DNA of 63,816 nt, the filler included, from Craspedostauros australis (taxonomy: Eukaryota), in assembly GCA_030167865.1 (NCBI GenBank). It is 19 parts of 19 records of this genome, joined end to end, with 100 filler letters (N's around TTAATTAATTAA, not from the genome) between each part and the next. Parts side by side here need not be neighbours in the genome. Positions count along the whole stretch, not along the records: positions 31,349 to 41,957 come from JALAGF010003167.1; positions 42,058 to 43,129 come from JALAGF010003168.1; positions 43,230 to 44,551 come from JALAGF010003169.1; positions 44,652 to 47,150 come from JALAGF010003170.1; positions 47,251 to 50,508 come from JALAGF010003171.1; 14 more parts are not named here. One strand, given 5' to 3'. Position 1 is the first letter of the stretch. Every line of letters begins with the position of its first letter. This document shows positions 36,450 to 47,697 of this stretch, in pieces. A program made the position numbers and the translations under genes. The notes below the pieces were generated by a model. The model searched no databases and was not told the DNA's origin. It saw nothing but the letters and a program-made list of their open reading frames with translations.

Positions 36450-39140
36450 TTACATTTCTGTGTAATACAATCCGGACAGCTTCAATCCACCATCGTCCGA
36501 GCCTTGCGATTGGTCGTCGTCATCATTGTCACTGTCGATCTCATCGTCGAACGGTGCGTGGAATGCGTACATATTGTACTCTTCTTGCGTCATGGCGCTG
36601 TCGGTGCTGTTGCTTGGTCGAATCTCCAGCTCGTCTTCCTCTTCTTCGGCTGGTGCTGCTGTGTTGACTGCGTTCTTCGGTGGCGACGCGATCTGATGAC
36701 TGGCAATACGAATTGGATTCAAACAGTTGCGAACTTGACAGATGCCACCGGCAGTATTGTTCATGCACACATCACATTCTCCGCAATCGGTCGGATACTG
36801 ACATCCGAAGCAAGTGCCGCACCGTTTCAGTATGAAGTTGCCTTCGCGTTTCAGGACGGCCGTGTCATTGTCCTTCTGCGGGCGTTTCAATGCTTTGTGG
36901 ATCGGCACAGCTGGTGGTGCTGCTGCTGGCGGTGGCACTGCAACTACCGGCTTCGGCGATGAATGTTTGGCTGGTATTGCCTTCGCCGTCTTCGATTGAA
37001 CCTTGGTAAAACGTGGGGAGGATCTTGGTGATGGTGACGGTGATGGCGTCGGTGAGTCTGCGGCTGGATTGGAATCGATCACCCCATCATGATCACTATC
37101 ACCATCATCGACATCCTCATCATTGTCGGAGAATGCAGACGATGAAACAACCGATGAGGAATCGGTCGGAGGAAGTACCGCTGACGACTCCGATGAATCC
37201 TCACTGTCCGTGTTGACCAGGCCAGAGCCAAACTGAATCTCGTCATCGCTATCCTGTTGCTCCTCCTCTTCCTCCTCAATGACACGTCGCAAGCGCTTGG
37301 GGATGCTTCTGCGCTTCCCTTTCGAAGATGATCGTTTTGTGAGCTTCTTCATTTGCTTGCGTCGCGGAATTGGCGGTGTTAACGGAGCTGCTCGCCTTCT
37401 TGTTGGCGATCGCTTGGTTTGAGGTGGCGGAGACTGCATGAACAACATGGCCAGCGAATCGAATTGCTTTGCCGGTCGTTGTTTGGGAGACATTTTCATT
37501 GCCTTGCTGCTTCTTCGCCGATTTCTGGAATGAATGCCTCCTTTGGCACTGGAATTGCCATCGTCGTCATCATCTTCATCATCGTCTTCACCATGCACAT
37601 AGTCATCATCACCACCATCATCTACGTCGTCGTCGTCCTCGTCGTCCTCGTCGTGGTCAGTGTTCACGTGGTGTTCAGCATCGTCGTCATATTCGCTGTC
37701 ACTCTCATTGCCACTCGCAGCGCGTTGCCTTGACGTGCTGTTCGTTGCGCGCCGTTTCTTTGTGACAATACGCGTCACCGACTCATTATCGCTTTCAACG
37801 TCATCCTGCTCGTTGTAACTGCTGTCACTGTCGCTGGCAGCTTCTCTTTGCACAACACGTTGTCGTGCAAAATGTCTGTTGGAAGCCTTTCGCTTTGCGT
37901 CTGGAGTTGTGATGGACACCAAGGAATCGCTGCTGGACTGTTGGCGTCGACTTGCGACAGCCTTGCTCGTGTACGCTGGTGACTTCTTCTGGTCAACGAT
38001 CTTTGCCCTCGCCAGGCTCTTTCGTTTTGGTTTCGATCGCTGTGACGATGTTGACGATGACGATTTTGACGATGAGCGCGACAACGATGATGGCGAACGA
38101 TGCTGTTGTTCCTGTTCTTGCTGATTTTGCAACATGCGCGCTTGCCGGTATTGTTTGGCCGTGAGCTTTCGTCGTGTTGGCGTCACGCTCGACGAAGGAC
38201 TTTGCCAACTGCTGCTATCACTGGTGCCACCGTTCCATGCCGTGCCGTAAAGTTCGCGAGCAGGCTTGGATTTGCGCTTGACAGAACCACCACTGAGTAG
38301 CGCCAACGAATCCATTCGTTTCTGTTTCGTTCTGCGCTTCCTTGCACTTGCGGGAGTCGTCGTGCTGGAACTCTCGCTGATGACGCTCGTTGCATTCGAA
38401 GAATGATCATCCTGACACATGCGCCTTCGTTTTGTCGGCGTTACATCCGATGTGCTGCTGACCACAGCGTTGGAGTACCTTCGTTTGGGACTGGTCTTGC
38501 GTTTGGCATTTGTACGTTTGGTTGGCGGAAAGAGCGTTCGTGATGGAACATCCTGAATGGCAGATGCCAACGACATGGTAACGGATGACAAGGATGATAT
38601 TGCCGATGATGCGGATGACAAGGACGATGATATCGACGTGGCTTTGGCGCTTTGCTTGTATTGGTTCATGCTCCCGTGCATTGCACTGTTGGAGTTGCGT
38701 CCGATAGACTCCTGCGTTTTGGGTGCCCCGTCGCCTGTCGTCCCGGTCATCATGCTCCCATCGATGCTGCTCTCGAAGCTATTGGTCACGGACGACTCAT
38801 GCAGATCATGATGGTGATGATCATGACGATTCTGACGTCTACCGTGATGGGGTGGTGTGACCACAACCGTTGAAATAGGCGGAAAGTAACTGCCATTGGC
38901 ACCCCTGAATTCAGGGAAGTTGAGCTGGTTGTCCAGTCTCGGCATTGTGGGATCAGGTTGGGTCAAGTGCATCGCCTCAGTTTGGGCGAAGCCTTGCATG
39001 CCAGCATCGCCTGTGTCGTTTCTCATCGATGCTTGAGTTGCGGAGCTCTTTCTCTTGGTGTTGACGCAAGGATACCCATGGGCCTGGCTGGCAATCTCAG
39101 CTTGCGTGTAATTCATCTCTCTGTTACTCTTCACCCCCAT
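36450..39140 (-). CDS. Low-complexity nuclear protein with C-terminal CXXC-type zinc finger
   Basis: About 900-aa open frame rich in S/R/K/D with RCGTCFGCQYPTDCGECDVC...CQVRNC. Start ATG is 39140 or 39116. Confidence 0.75.
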   Translation of the reverse strand: MGVKSNREMNYTQAEIASQAHGYPCVNTKRKSSATQASMRNDTGDAGMQGFAQTEAMHLTQPDPTMPRLDNQLNFPEFRGANGSYFPPISTVVVTPPHHGRRQNRHDHHHHDLHESSVTNSFESSIDGSMMTGTTGDGAPKTQESIGRNSNSAMHGSMNQYKQSAKATSISSSLSSASSAISSLSSVTMSLASAIQDVPSRTLFPPTKRTNAKRKTSPKRRYSNAVVSSTSDVTPTKRRRMCQDDHSSNATSVISESSSTTTPASARKRRTKQKRMDSLALLSGGSVKRKSKPARELYGTAWNGGTSDSSSWQSPSSSVTPTRRKLTAKQYRQARMLQNQQEQEQQHRSPSSLSRSSSKSSSSTSSQRSKPKRKSLARAKIVDQKKSPAYTSKAVASRRQQSSSDSLVSITTPDAKRKASNRHFARQRVVQREAASDSDSSYNEQDDVESDNESVTRIVTKKRRATNSTSRQRAASGNESDSEYDDDAEHHVNTDHDEDDEDDDDVDDGGDDDYVHGEDDDEDDDDDGNSSAKGGIHSRNRRRSSKAMKMSPKQRPAKQFDSLAMLFMQSPPPQTKRSPTRRRAAPLTPPIPRRKQMKKLTKRSSSKGKRRSIPKRLRRVIEEEEEEQQDSDDEIQFGSGLVNTDSEDSSESSAVLPPTDSSSVVSSSAFSDNDEDVDDGDSDHDGVIDSNPAADSPTPSPSPSPRSSPRFTKVQSKTAKAIPAKHSSPKPVVAVPPPAAAPPAVPIHKALKRPQKDNDTAVLKREGNFILKRCGTCFGCQYPTDCGECDVCMNNTAGGICQVRNCLNPIRIASHQIASPPKNAVNTAAPAEEEEDELEIRPSNSTDSAMTQEEYNMYAFHAPFDDEIDSDNDDDDQSQGSDDGGLKLSGLYYTEM

Positions 39141-39965
39141 GTGATGGTACGAGTATGATGTTTGGGATGTGCACAGTGCGATGCAATGCAACGCAATGCA
39201 CCGCAATTGATCCTATCTTGTGATGAAATGAAATGGCAGACGAATGAACGTTGGATGAATGTCTGACGCGATGATCCAACAAGGTTGGTGAATGTCCAAC
39301 TCGCGGAGTGGAGAGTACTGTTGGATGGCTTCGAGTGATGCGTGCTCTGTCGATGGCCTTCGTCAAGATGTCAAGGGTATCTCGGCTTGTTCCTTGAATA
39401 CTCTGGTTGGGTTTGGAAGTGGGTGGTGGCTGTGTTGCTTTGGTAACAGTTGTGATGGCACAGATGGTGTTGTTGATGGGAATCAGTTCCAATCGTCATT
39501 GTTTTGGTTCAACTTTACGGCGATTGTTCTTGTTTTGGTGTGTCCGATTTCGTGGCTTCGGTTTCGACAAGTTGGCACCATGGTCGGTGTTGCGACAGGC
39601 GTCTCCCGCCAAAAATGCGAGAATCATGTCACATCGCGCCAGCCATGCCATTGGCGATATTAATAGCTAGTTGGCGACGACCGGTTGTGTGTGTATCGTT
39701 GCTCACACACAATCGCTCACAAAATGATTGTCGCAACAAAAAGCAAATCGAGGCATCATCTCAGAAAGGAGCACAATTCAACATTGGTGCCAGTCCATCT
39801 CGGAGTCACCTGCAACACTCAACACTCTGCAACATCATAGTCACATTATCACAGCTGTGACAGCAAAAGAAACACATATGAGGAAACACAGTATTGAAAA
39901 ACGCAACACACATGCAGAGAGAGAAGAATCAACAGCACGAAGCACGACTTGCTCACCAAGTTCAC

Positions 39966-40769
39966 TGTTGGCAGGTTCCGTAGATGGTAACCTTGCAATC
40001 ATGGAAGACAGCAATGGTTGTTACAATTCTGTTTGCTATTTCATTACGTTGGCACTCCGATACTCTCGGTGTCTGTTCTCTTGCCCGATGCTCTTGGTGC
40101 GTCTGTCTCTTTCACAGATTGGTCAGCCCGACTATGAGTTGGTACACGAGATGCTCTCTCGCTCTTGCTCGTATTCTCTCTCTCTCTTGATATTGCATGC
40201 TTGTACTATGCGACACTCCATGCTCAATGCGTACTCCGCATTTGACACTCTGTTCATTCAGTACTGGCTCCTACTCTGAGAGTACTTGCCACTTGAACTC
40301 CTCTCCATGTATCCATGATCTTGATGAACTTTGGTCATCAGATCTTCGTCTCCTGCTCTGACTTGGAGACAGATGTGGACGTGGTGACACGATGACATCC
40401 TGTCAACGTCAGTAGGCGTCCTTCTGCTCTCCAGATGTCACGTTCCATTGGTGATGCAGCAGTCTGTCAGATGATATCGTCATCTGAGGTTTAGTTGGGA
40501 AGTACCNNNNNNNNNNNNNNNNNNNNNNNNNNNNNNNNNNNNNNNNNNNNNNNNNNNNNNNNNNNNNNNNNNNNNNNNNNNNNNNNNNNNNNNNNNNNNN
40601 NNNNNNNNNNNNTTTTCGTGTGTTCCATTTCCGCTGTAATTCTGACGAATCACAGCATACTATTGACACGAATGTAGTTATACCGTCCAAGTGCGTATGA
40701 GAGAATAATGGGTGAACGATGCACACATACATGTACATCTCGACATATACTCACATGTACATCTCGACA
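39966..40769 (-). mobile_element. LTR-like repeat family A, solo copy with 4-bp TSD TCAC
   Basis: TCAC(39962-39965)-TGTTGG...CTCGACA-TCAC(40770-40773). Confidence 0.88.
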
Positions 40770-41957
40770 TCACTGGTCTGTTCTCACAACATCAAGTGGC
40801 TCAACCAATCATACGGACAGTTCTGTGGCTACGCACCAGCACCGAACATATCCAACGAAGCAGGAACGACGGACGCAGACGGCTTCACAACCATCGGACG
40901 GAAGGGAGCAACGCCAAGGACGGCAACGCGTCAAACATCAAAAGCAAAGAGAGTATCTTTTGCTGACAGCAACATGTACTATATCCTATCAGACAGCGAC
41001 GATGAGGATAATGAGGACAACGGAGTAGTGACTCAACTAATCCATAACAACGATGAAGATCGGAGCGAATCCAATCATGAGGATGACGAAATCCTACCAT
41101 CCGGCGACGAAGCCGACGATGACACAGGCGTCACTCCTCCGAACACACCAGCGAGGTCTACACATGGCACACCATCCAGACCTCCACCGAGCAAGCCAAG
41201 CAAACGTGGCATGGCTAGAAAGGAGAGAATCCGACGTCACGAAGCACGAGGCAGGAAGGGAGAAGCTAATCCCAAGCCAACTACAGGGAAGAGTATTCCC
41301 AGAGCTCTACGTGAGCTCGCAGACTTCAATGAACAAGGTCGAAAGGAGGAAGGCTATGAGAGCGAGTCATTATCCAACGCAGATAGTGACGAACTCAGCG
41401 ACGAGATAACCGACGAATCCAACGACGAGACTACAGATGACGAAGAAATCGCAGACGAAGGAGGGATTGAGATCACTCATCATAGCACAACAGGACTATA
41501 CGGGATGAATGCAATCATCACCGAGTCACCAGGGATCGACATCGGACTGTCGATGCAGGACGAGAACAAGGAACCAGAGAAGCACATCGAACCTACAACA
41601 TTCGATGGAGCCTTCAACCACCCAGATCCCATCCATCGAAAGGGATATCGAGCAGCCATCAAGAAAGAGTTCGACTCCATGGACACACGCAAGGTGTACA
41701 GCAAGATCAAACGAGACACCATCCCACGCGGCCGCAGATGCTGCAAATGCAAATGGGTCTTCAAGTTGAAACGTGACGGCACACATCGAGCGCGACTCGT
41801 CGCATGTGGCTATTCACAAGTCGCAGGAGTAGACTTCCAAGAGCACTACTCGCCCGTCATCCATGACGTGACTTATCGGGTCATGATGGTGATCATGCTG
41901 ATCAAGAAGATGGACTGCGCACTCGTCGATGTCGTAACGGCATTCCTACACGGAGAC
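40770..41957 (+). mobile_element. Ty1/copia integrase tail, acidic linker and RT N-terminus (interrupted by repeat A)
   Basis: SHNIKWLNQSYG, EPTTF, AIKKEF, KWVFKLK, RARLVACGYSQ, YSPV, DVVTAFLHG. Confidence 0.88.
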
Positions 41958-42229
41958 NNNNNNNNNNNNNNNNNNNNNNNNNNNNNNNNNNNNNNNNNNN
42001 NTTAATTAATTAANNNNNNNNNNNNNNNNNNNNNNNNNNNNNNNNNNNNNNNNNNNNCAGAGAGTACACCTAGGATAGCAACATGATACTGGACAGAGTG
42101 CAAGTAGAGTAGATACAGCGGGGCACCATTCGGCGTTGCCGGTGGTTTATCAACAAGTGCACTTTGGAGCACATTACAAGTGTGTGTTGTCGGTTCCACC
42201 AAACCATTCTCACCCATTCACTCATCCTC

Positions 42230-43129
42230 TCATTCGCTCATCATCCTTTGCTGNGTAAAACCTGNAGGAAATTGCATGCCACCACCAGCACCGCCGCGGC
42301 CACCGCCACCCTCNTCTCCATCCTTCTTCGGCTTGTCACGTGCGACGTCGATGCCCGGTAGCTTGGCCTTCAATCGTTTCGCAGCATCTTCCACGTCCAA
42401 ACCGCTCTTGTTACCACCGACGACCAGTAATCGCAGCTTCGACTCGAAGGGTTCGTCGGCATCCTGCATCATGCCCTCCAACAATTTGACGACCCCGCTC
42501 TCATCCGCATCATTCCCACCAACGTCCAACACTTCCAACGTGCGATGGCCGCCACGCAGCATCGGCGCGAGCTGTGCCAACCCGTCCGATCCGAGCTGAT
42601 TATTGAACAGCACGAGCTCCCGCAGCTGGCCGTGCTCAATCATNTCACGTGCGCCGGTGACNCCGCACTGCGTGCCGGTCAGATCCAACTTGGANAGCTT
42701 CAATCTGTCTTCGCCNCGCAGCTTGTTCAGTGTTGTCGCNAGACGCTGNACNCTCTGCTCGTCGAAAGNGTTGTTGGACAGAATGAGATCATCGAGCTGA
42801 TGGCAATGCCCCGCGATGGTCTCCAGCTTGTCGATGAACGATTCCAGTCCAGCCGAAGTGATGTTGTTGCTGCCGACATGCAGCACCCGCAAGCTGGAGA
42901 TGCATTTTGCGGATGCGTCGGCGAAGCAGCGATCCGCCAGCGATCGCAGCCCTTCATCTCCGATTTGGCAATTCTCCAGATGAAGCTCGGTGATTGAGGA
43001 AGTCGGAATCAACGACGCGATGCTATCCATGCCGTCGCTCTGTATCGAGGGGTTGTTGTCCAGCCGCAGCTTGAGCGATCGCTGCGACAACGACGATGAT
43101 GACGATGGCTGTGACTGCATGATGGATGC
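42230..43129 (-). CDS. Leucine-rich repeat protein (RI/NLRC3-like), C-terminal part
   Basis: LxxLxLxxNxI repeats (LRLDNN, LHLENCQIGDEG, LHVGSNNITSAG, LVLFNNQLGSDG, LDVGGN). Many Ns. Confidence 0.85.
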   Translation of the reverse strand, partial: ASIMQSQPSSSSSLSQRSLKLRLDNNPSIQSDGMDSIASLIPTSSITELHLENCQIGDEGLRSLADRCFADASAKCISSLRVLHVGSNNITSAGLESFIDKLETIAGHCHQLDDLILSNNXFDEQXXQRXATTLNKLXGEDRLKXSKLDLTGTQCXVTGARXMIEHGQLRELVLFNNQLGSDGLAQLAPMLRGGHRTLEVLDVGGNDADESGVVKLLEGMMQDADEPFESKLRLLVVGGNKSGLDVEDAAKRLKAKLPGIDVARDKPKKDGXEGGGGRGGAGGGMQFPXGFXQQRMMSE

Positions 43130-43229
43130 NNNNNNNNNNNNNNNNNNNNNNNNNNNNNNNNNNNNNNNNNNNNTTAATTAATTAANNNNNNNNNNNNNNN
43201 NNNNNNNNNNNNNNNNNNNNNNNNNNNNN

Positions 43230-44551
43230 CTTCTGGAACCTCTGATAGGAATTTCCCATTGACTGTCTCTCCTTCCTTGAGGCAGGGTTGTCGATCATCG
43301 ATTTCAGGGATGCCGTTGACTATCTCATCCTCGGTGATGGGTGGGATAGGATCCTGTTTGAGTGCTGCCTGTGTCCGTTCCAGGTTCACTGCGATGGGGT
43401 CGCTCTGGTTCTGGATACTTTGTGTCTGCTTCGCTCGTGCGAGGATGACAGGAATGCAGTTCTTCCTCAAACTGAAGAAGTGGCAGGTNNNNNNNNNNNN
43501 NNNNNNNNNNNNNNNNNNNNNNNNNNNNNNNNNNNNNNNNNNNNNNNNNNNNNNNNNNNNNNNNNNNNNNNNNNNNNNNNNNNNNNNNNNNNNNNNNNNN
43601 NNNNNNNNNNNNNNNNNGAGATATTCATAGAGGGAAAGCGGGAATACGGATTGGCTGTCTGCATAGGTCATGGTGTCAGCGTGGACCTTCCTGTTGCCCT
43701 TGGTACAGGTGATACGGACCCTGTGACCACTGTAGCCTGTGACAATTCCATGGAAGGTTCCTTTCTTCCTTGCAGAGTACAGCGCCTGAGAGCTGAGAAC
43801 GTGTTCCGGTGTGACGGAAATCCGAGGCGTCAAGCTTTCTGATGTCAATGAAAAATCGATGTCTGGCAGTGGGCTGGGTTCTGTTGCAGGATCCGTCGGA
43901 GATGCGTCGACGGGTTGGTGACGAACATTGTCCCCTGATCCGTTACTGGGATTGNGATCGGTAGTGGTGACAAGGATGTCGGGCGTCTCGCATGCGACAT
44001 CGAAATGTGGTGGCGCCTGCCGGTTGGATTCGGCCAACATGATTGCGATTGGTGTGACAGGTCTGGGTGGCCTTCTCCGGGACCTCTCTAGAGGGGTCAG
44101 CTCCTGTCGAGTTGTCGTGAGCTGGAGGGTAGTTGACGATGGGCTGATGTCCATGCGTGTTTGTTGGTGCCGGATGACATTGATGTTTCTTGTATCGGTG
44201 CGTCTCTTGCTGTGGTATGATTGCGCCTCTGGTCGATCGGTTGGCAGGTCAGGGTCGTCTTCTGCTCTGGTGACCTTGGCGCGCGGTTTCGCGGGGGATA
44301 CGATTTCGTGGTGGGGCCCTGGTTCGTATATTAAGTTCCTGAGGACTGTCTTCGATGCGATGTGACGGAAGGGGNTTTTGGAGAGTGGTTTGGTGTGCAT
44401 GTCAGCGGTGTTGTTGATTGAAGCAATGCAGCAGAGTACGATGATACCTGCGGCGATGCACTCTCGGATCTGGTGGAATGCCGAGGAGCAGTGTTTCTTC
44501 TTCAAGGGCGATGGAGGGGCCGTGGTGTTCAGTACCATTGCCTTGTTGTCT
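43230..44551 (-). mobile_element. Degenerate copia RNase H end with long downstream open frame
   Basis: DNKAMV.N...LKKKH...FHQIRECIAAG...NTADMHTKPL, then about 380 further codons (with an N gap) to the contig end. Confidence 0.6.
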
Positions 44552-44699
44552 NNNNNNNNNNNNNNNNNNNNNNNNNNNNNNNNNNNNNNNNNNNNTTAAT
44601 TAATTAANNNNNNNNNNNNNNNNNNNNNNNNNNNNNNNNNNNNNNNNNNNNCAGAGTGGTGATGACTTTTGTTGTGTTCGCTGCTGCTGCTGCTGATGA

Positions 44700-44999
44700 C
44701 GTCTGTCATCGTACGGGTGTACGGATGCCAACACCAAGTACATCACTGACAAAATACTCCGTGCGAGACACGAAACTGTTAACCGACGCATCAAGCACTG
44801 GGCCTGCCTGAGAAATGTGTGGCGACACGATCCTGACAAACACGTTCTTGCCTTTGCCTCTGTTGCCACCATTACGCAAATTGAGCTAGTTGGAGGTTCT
44901 CCTCTCTTCGACCCCGTTCCAGTAGTTGAACGAAAGCTGACTCGGATGAGATTGCGTGAGAGACTATTGGAGGAACTGAATAGCTTAATGGAGGAGTAA
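44700..44999 (+). mobile_element. PIF/Harbinger-like transposase C-terminal fragment
   Basis: Frame from 44760 reads RARHETVNRRIKHW..L..VWRHD..KH..AF..V..ITQ.....PLF, homologous to the end of 9560-10090. Confidence 0.75.
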
Positions 45000-45569
45000 G
45001 CCAATCACAACCGGACTATCTAAGTAGCGATAATTGACGTAGAACACTGACTAACACACGGAGCTTCTCTCTGACATTGTCGATTGCTTTATGATGCAGT
45101 TGCTTCGTCTGTGCCATGGTGCAATATAGTCATGTGCCTTGACGTGATGGTTTCGGAACCACGGCAGGAAACATGCTTGTGACACGCGGAGGTGGCCAAA
45201 GCGGCAACAGAGAGGGTCAGCATGGTGGACATCGCAGGTCAACACCACCAGAAAAAAGCAAGCCACGCCAGCATGGAAAAATGCCGACAGCAACGCCAAA
45301 ACGCACCAGATCCGGAACTCCGCCAAAAAAGAAACGAAGATAACCTGCAGGAGGGCCAAACGAGAAACCTAACGAACTGAACAGGAACGAAGATCCCAGT
45401 GCGGAGAAGAGTTCAATGCAAAGCAGACTGGATGCAAAGGCAAGCAACATGAAATAGGAATACGCACAAGGCAAGCAAGTCGACTGCACACACGTGCCAA
45501 TGTGGGGCATGCACAAAACAGAGGGGACAAGTGCGAACACGCTATGTGAACAATGCAGACAAGTGCAGT

Positions 45570-45945
45570 TGGTGTGTGTCGACATGTGGTGTTGTGTGGC
45601 GTGGCGTGGCGTTGCGTCGTGCGTGATGCAGTGTGATGTGGCGTTGTGTGATGGTGTGTGATAGTGTGTTGAGTGGAGTTGCGTGCCGTCGTATGTGATG
45701 TTGTGTGATGCAGTGTGATGTGACGGTGTGTGATGGTGTGTTGAGTGGAGTTGCGTTCCTTTGCGTTGCGTCGAGTTGCGGTGTGTGATGGTGCGTTGCG
45801 TTGAGTTGCGGTGTGTGATGGTGTGTTGCGTCGAGTTGCGGTATGTGATGGTGTGTGATGGATGGTATGTGATGTCGTGTGATGTTGTGCGATTTTGTGG
45901 GTGTGTGATTTTGTGTGGTGTTGTGTTGCATTGGGTTGCATGGTG
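45570..45945. repeat. TG-rich low-complexity region with ~30-bp imperfect tandem units
   Basis: GTGTGTGATGGTG(C/T)GTTGCGT(C/T)GAGTTGCG repeated at 45781-45840, plus related units. Confidence 0.8.
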
Positions 45946-46370
45946 CCATGTTCTGTGGTGCACGTGTGGAAACACGAAACGCGGGGAGAGGACGAAACAC
46001 AAACCGAAACCGATACGGATGGCGCAAAACGAGACAAGGCAGAAGAACATGGCGACAGAAAACACAAGCCACACACCTGTGGCTTGGGAAGCATAAGACC
46101 TGCCCGTGTGCGTCACAGCAAGACCGTCGATACTACCGGAGTGGGGCTATTTGACGACAACATTTCGGTCATATCAGTCCAAAGTTGGGGAAGCAATACG
46201 TGAACAAATGCAGAAAATAAGCTTTTTTTTCTGAGCGCCAATTTCCCCTGCTCCCCGAGGGTGCGACCTAGACTGCGATCATAGGAGCGGATGGGTCTGC
46301 CTTGGCTTCTGTTTCTCTGTTTGCATTGAAGGCGCATTCCTCGATGCCTTGTTGGTAGTTCGCCTTCCGA

Positions 46371-46590
46371 GCATGCGATCATACCATGTGATCATAGCAT
46401 GCGATCATAGCATGCGATCATACCATGTGATCATAGCATGTGATCATAGCATGCGATCATAGCATGCGATCATAGCATGCGATCATAGCATGCGATCATA
46501 GCATGCAATCATAGCATGCGATCATAGCATGCAATCATACCATGCGATCATACCATGCGATCATACCATGCGATCATACCATGCGATCAT
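46371..46590. repeat. Tandem array of ~17 x 13-bp units (G/C)CATGCGATCATA
   Basis: Direct reading; variants CATGTGATC and CATGCAATC. Confidence 0.95.
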
Positions 46591-47340
46591 AGGAGCGGAT
46601 GAGGAATACCGCTTTGGCTCTTCGGTCCGTGTCCCATGATAAAGAACATCTGCGAAAGTAGAAGGATAAGTGTCAGAGTGCGTGGTACGAGTACAAAGTA
46701 ATCGGAGATTTGATTTCTACGAGTACAGCGTGTGCGATGGGGATGATGCAGCACCAATGCGTACGAAACGGTACGGAAGGGTACCACTTCTGACGGTTGA
46801 CACCTCAACTGCCCACCGTCACCGCCACGGATGCAAATGACAGACGTGGGGCAACTGCCCTCGTGTATCACCTCTTTGGGCCAAACATCGAAGGGTGTAC
46901 TCTGTGAGAAGTTGCAACATTTGGAGAGTTGTATCGTTGCTCCTTTGACCACCACGCCCGCACTGATGAGTGCGATCAAGAGATTGTTGCTGCAGAAAAG
47001 CGAAGTTGCTCTCTCTGCCTCGCCCAAGATTGATCTTGTTGACATGCCTGAAATCGTTTGGAACAACTGATTTCCTCGCCCTCACAATACATCAACACCG
47101 TCATCCATAAACCACCACCACTCACAATCTCGAGAGAGACAGAGAGAGAGNNNNNNNNNNNNNNNNNNNNNNNNNNNNNNNNNNNNNNNNNNNNTTAATT
47201 AATTAANNNNNNNNNNNNNNNNNNNNNNNNNNNNNNNNNNNNNNNNNNNNTCAGTCACGAATGGAAATTGTGAGTGAGTCGTGGTAGGCGAAAAAAGAGA
47301 GTTCGCAATTTTTGGGGGGGTTCTCATGTGCTGTACTTAC

Positions 47341-47697
47341 AATGTCATGGCGCAACTCTGCCACGGCTCGGGCCATGACCCACGCCCACTTGCGGAAAGT
47401 TTTCGCGGTGACGTCCATCATCCGTGCCACCACTGTCTCCGCCAAATACATTCGAAGGAACGCGCACATCCAAAGGAGGTGCTTCGGCTTCGCGTCGAAG
47501 GGGAGAAGACCTGTGCCAATCAGGTCTTCCCAGAGGAGGTGAGTAATGTGTGGATCAGTCCCGAACATTCCGCGAAACTCTCGCAACTGTGTATCATTGA
47601 GCGTGTTCGCATCATGACGGTCCAAGTCGCGTCCCATCAGCGCAAAGCCTTCCACCGCAAATTCACCTGCGTAGCTGGCCTGCGACACAACATCCAT
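47341..47697 (-). mobile_element. PIF/Harbinger-like transposase, first exon (N-terminal HTH region)
   Basis: FRGMFG...LWEDL...PKHLLWMCAFLRMY..E...KTFRKWAW, followed by a GTAAGT donor at 47340. Confidence 0.7.

Noticed and set aside
45217..46116. His/Thr-rich ORFs in three minus frames
   Set aside because: A by-product of stop-poor TG/CA low-complexity sequence; no coding evidence.
44652..47697. Joining the transposase C-terminus (44700) and N-terminus (47341) into one gene
   Set aside because: They are on different contigs and strands; they may belong to the same family, but linkage cannot be shown here.
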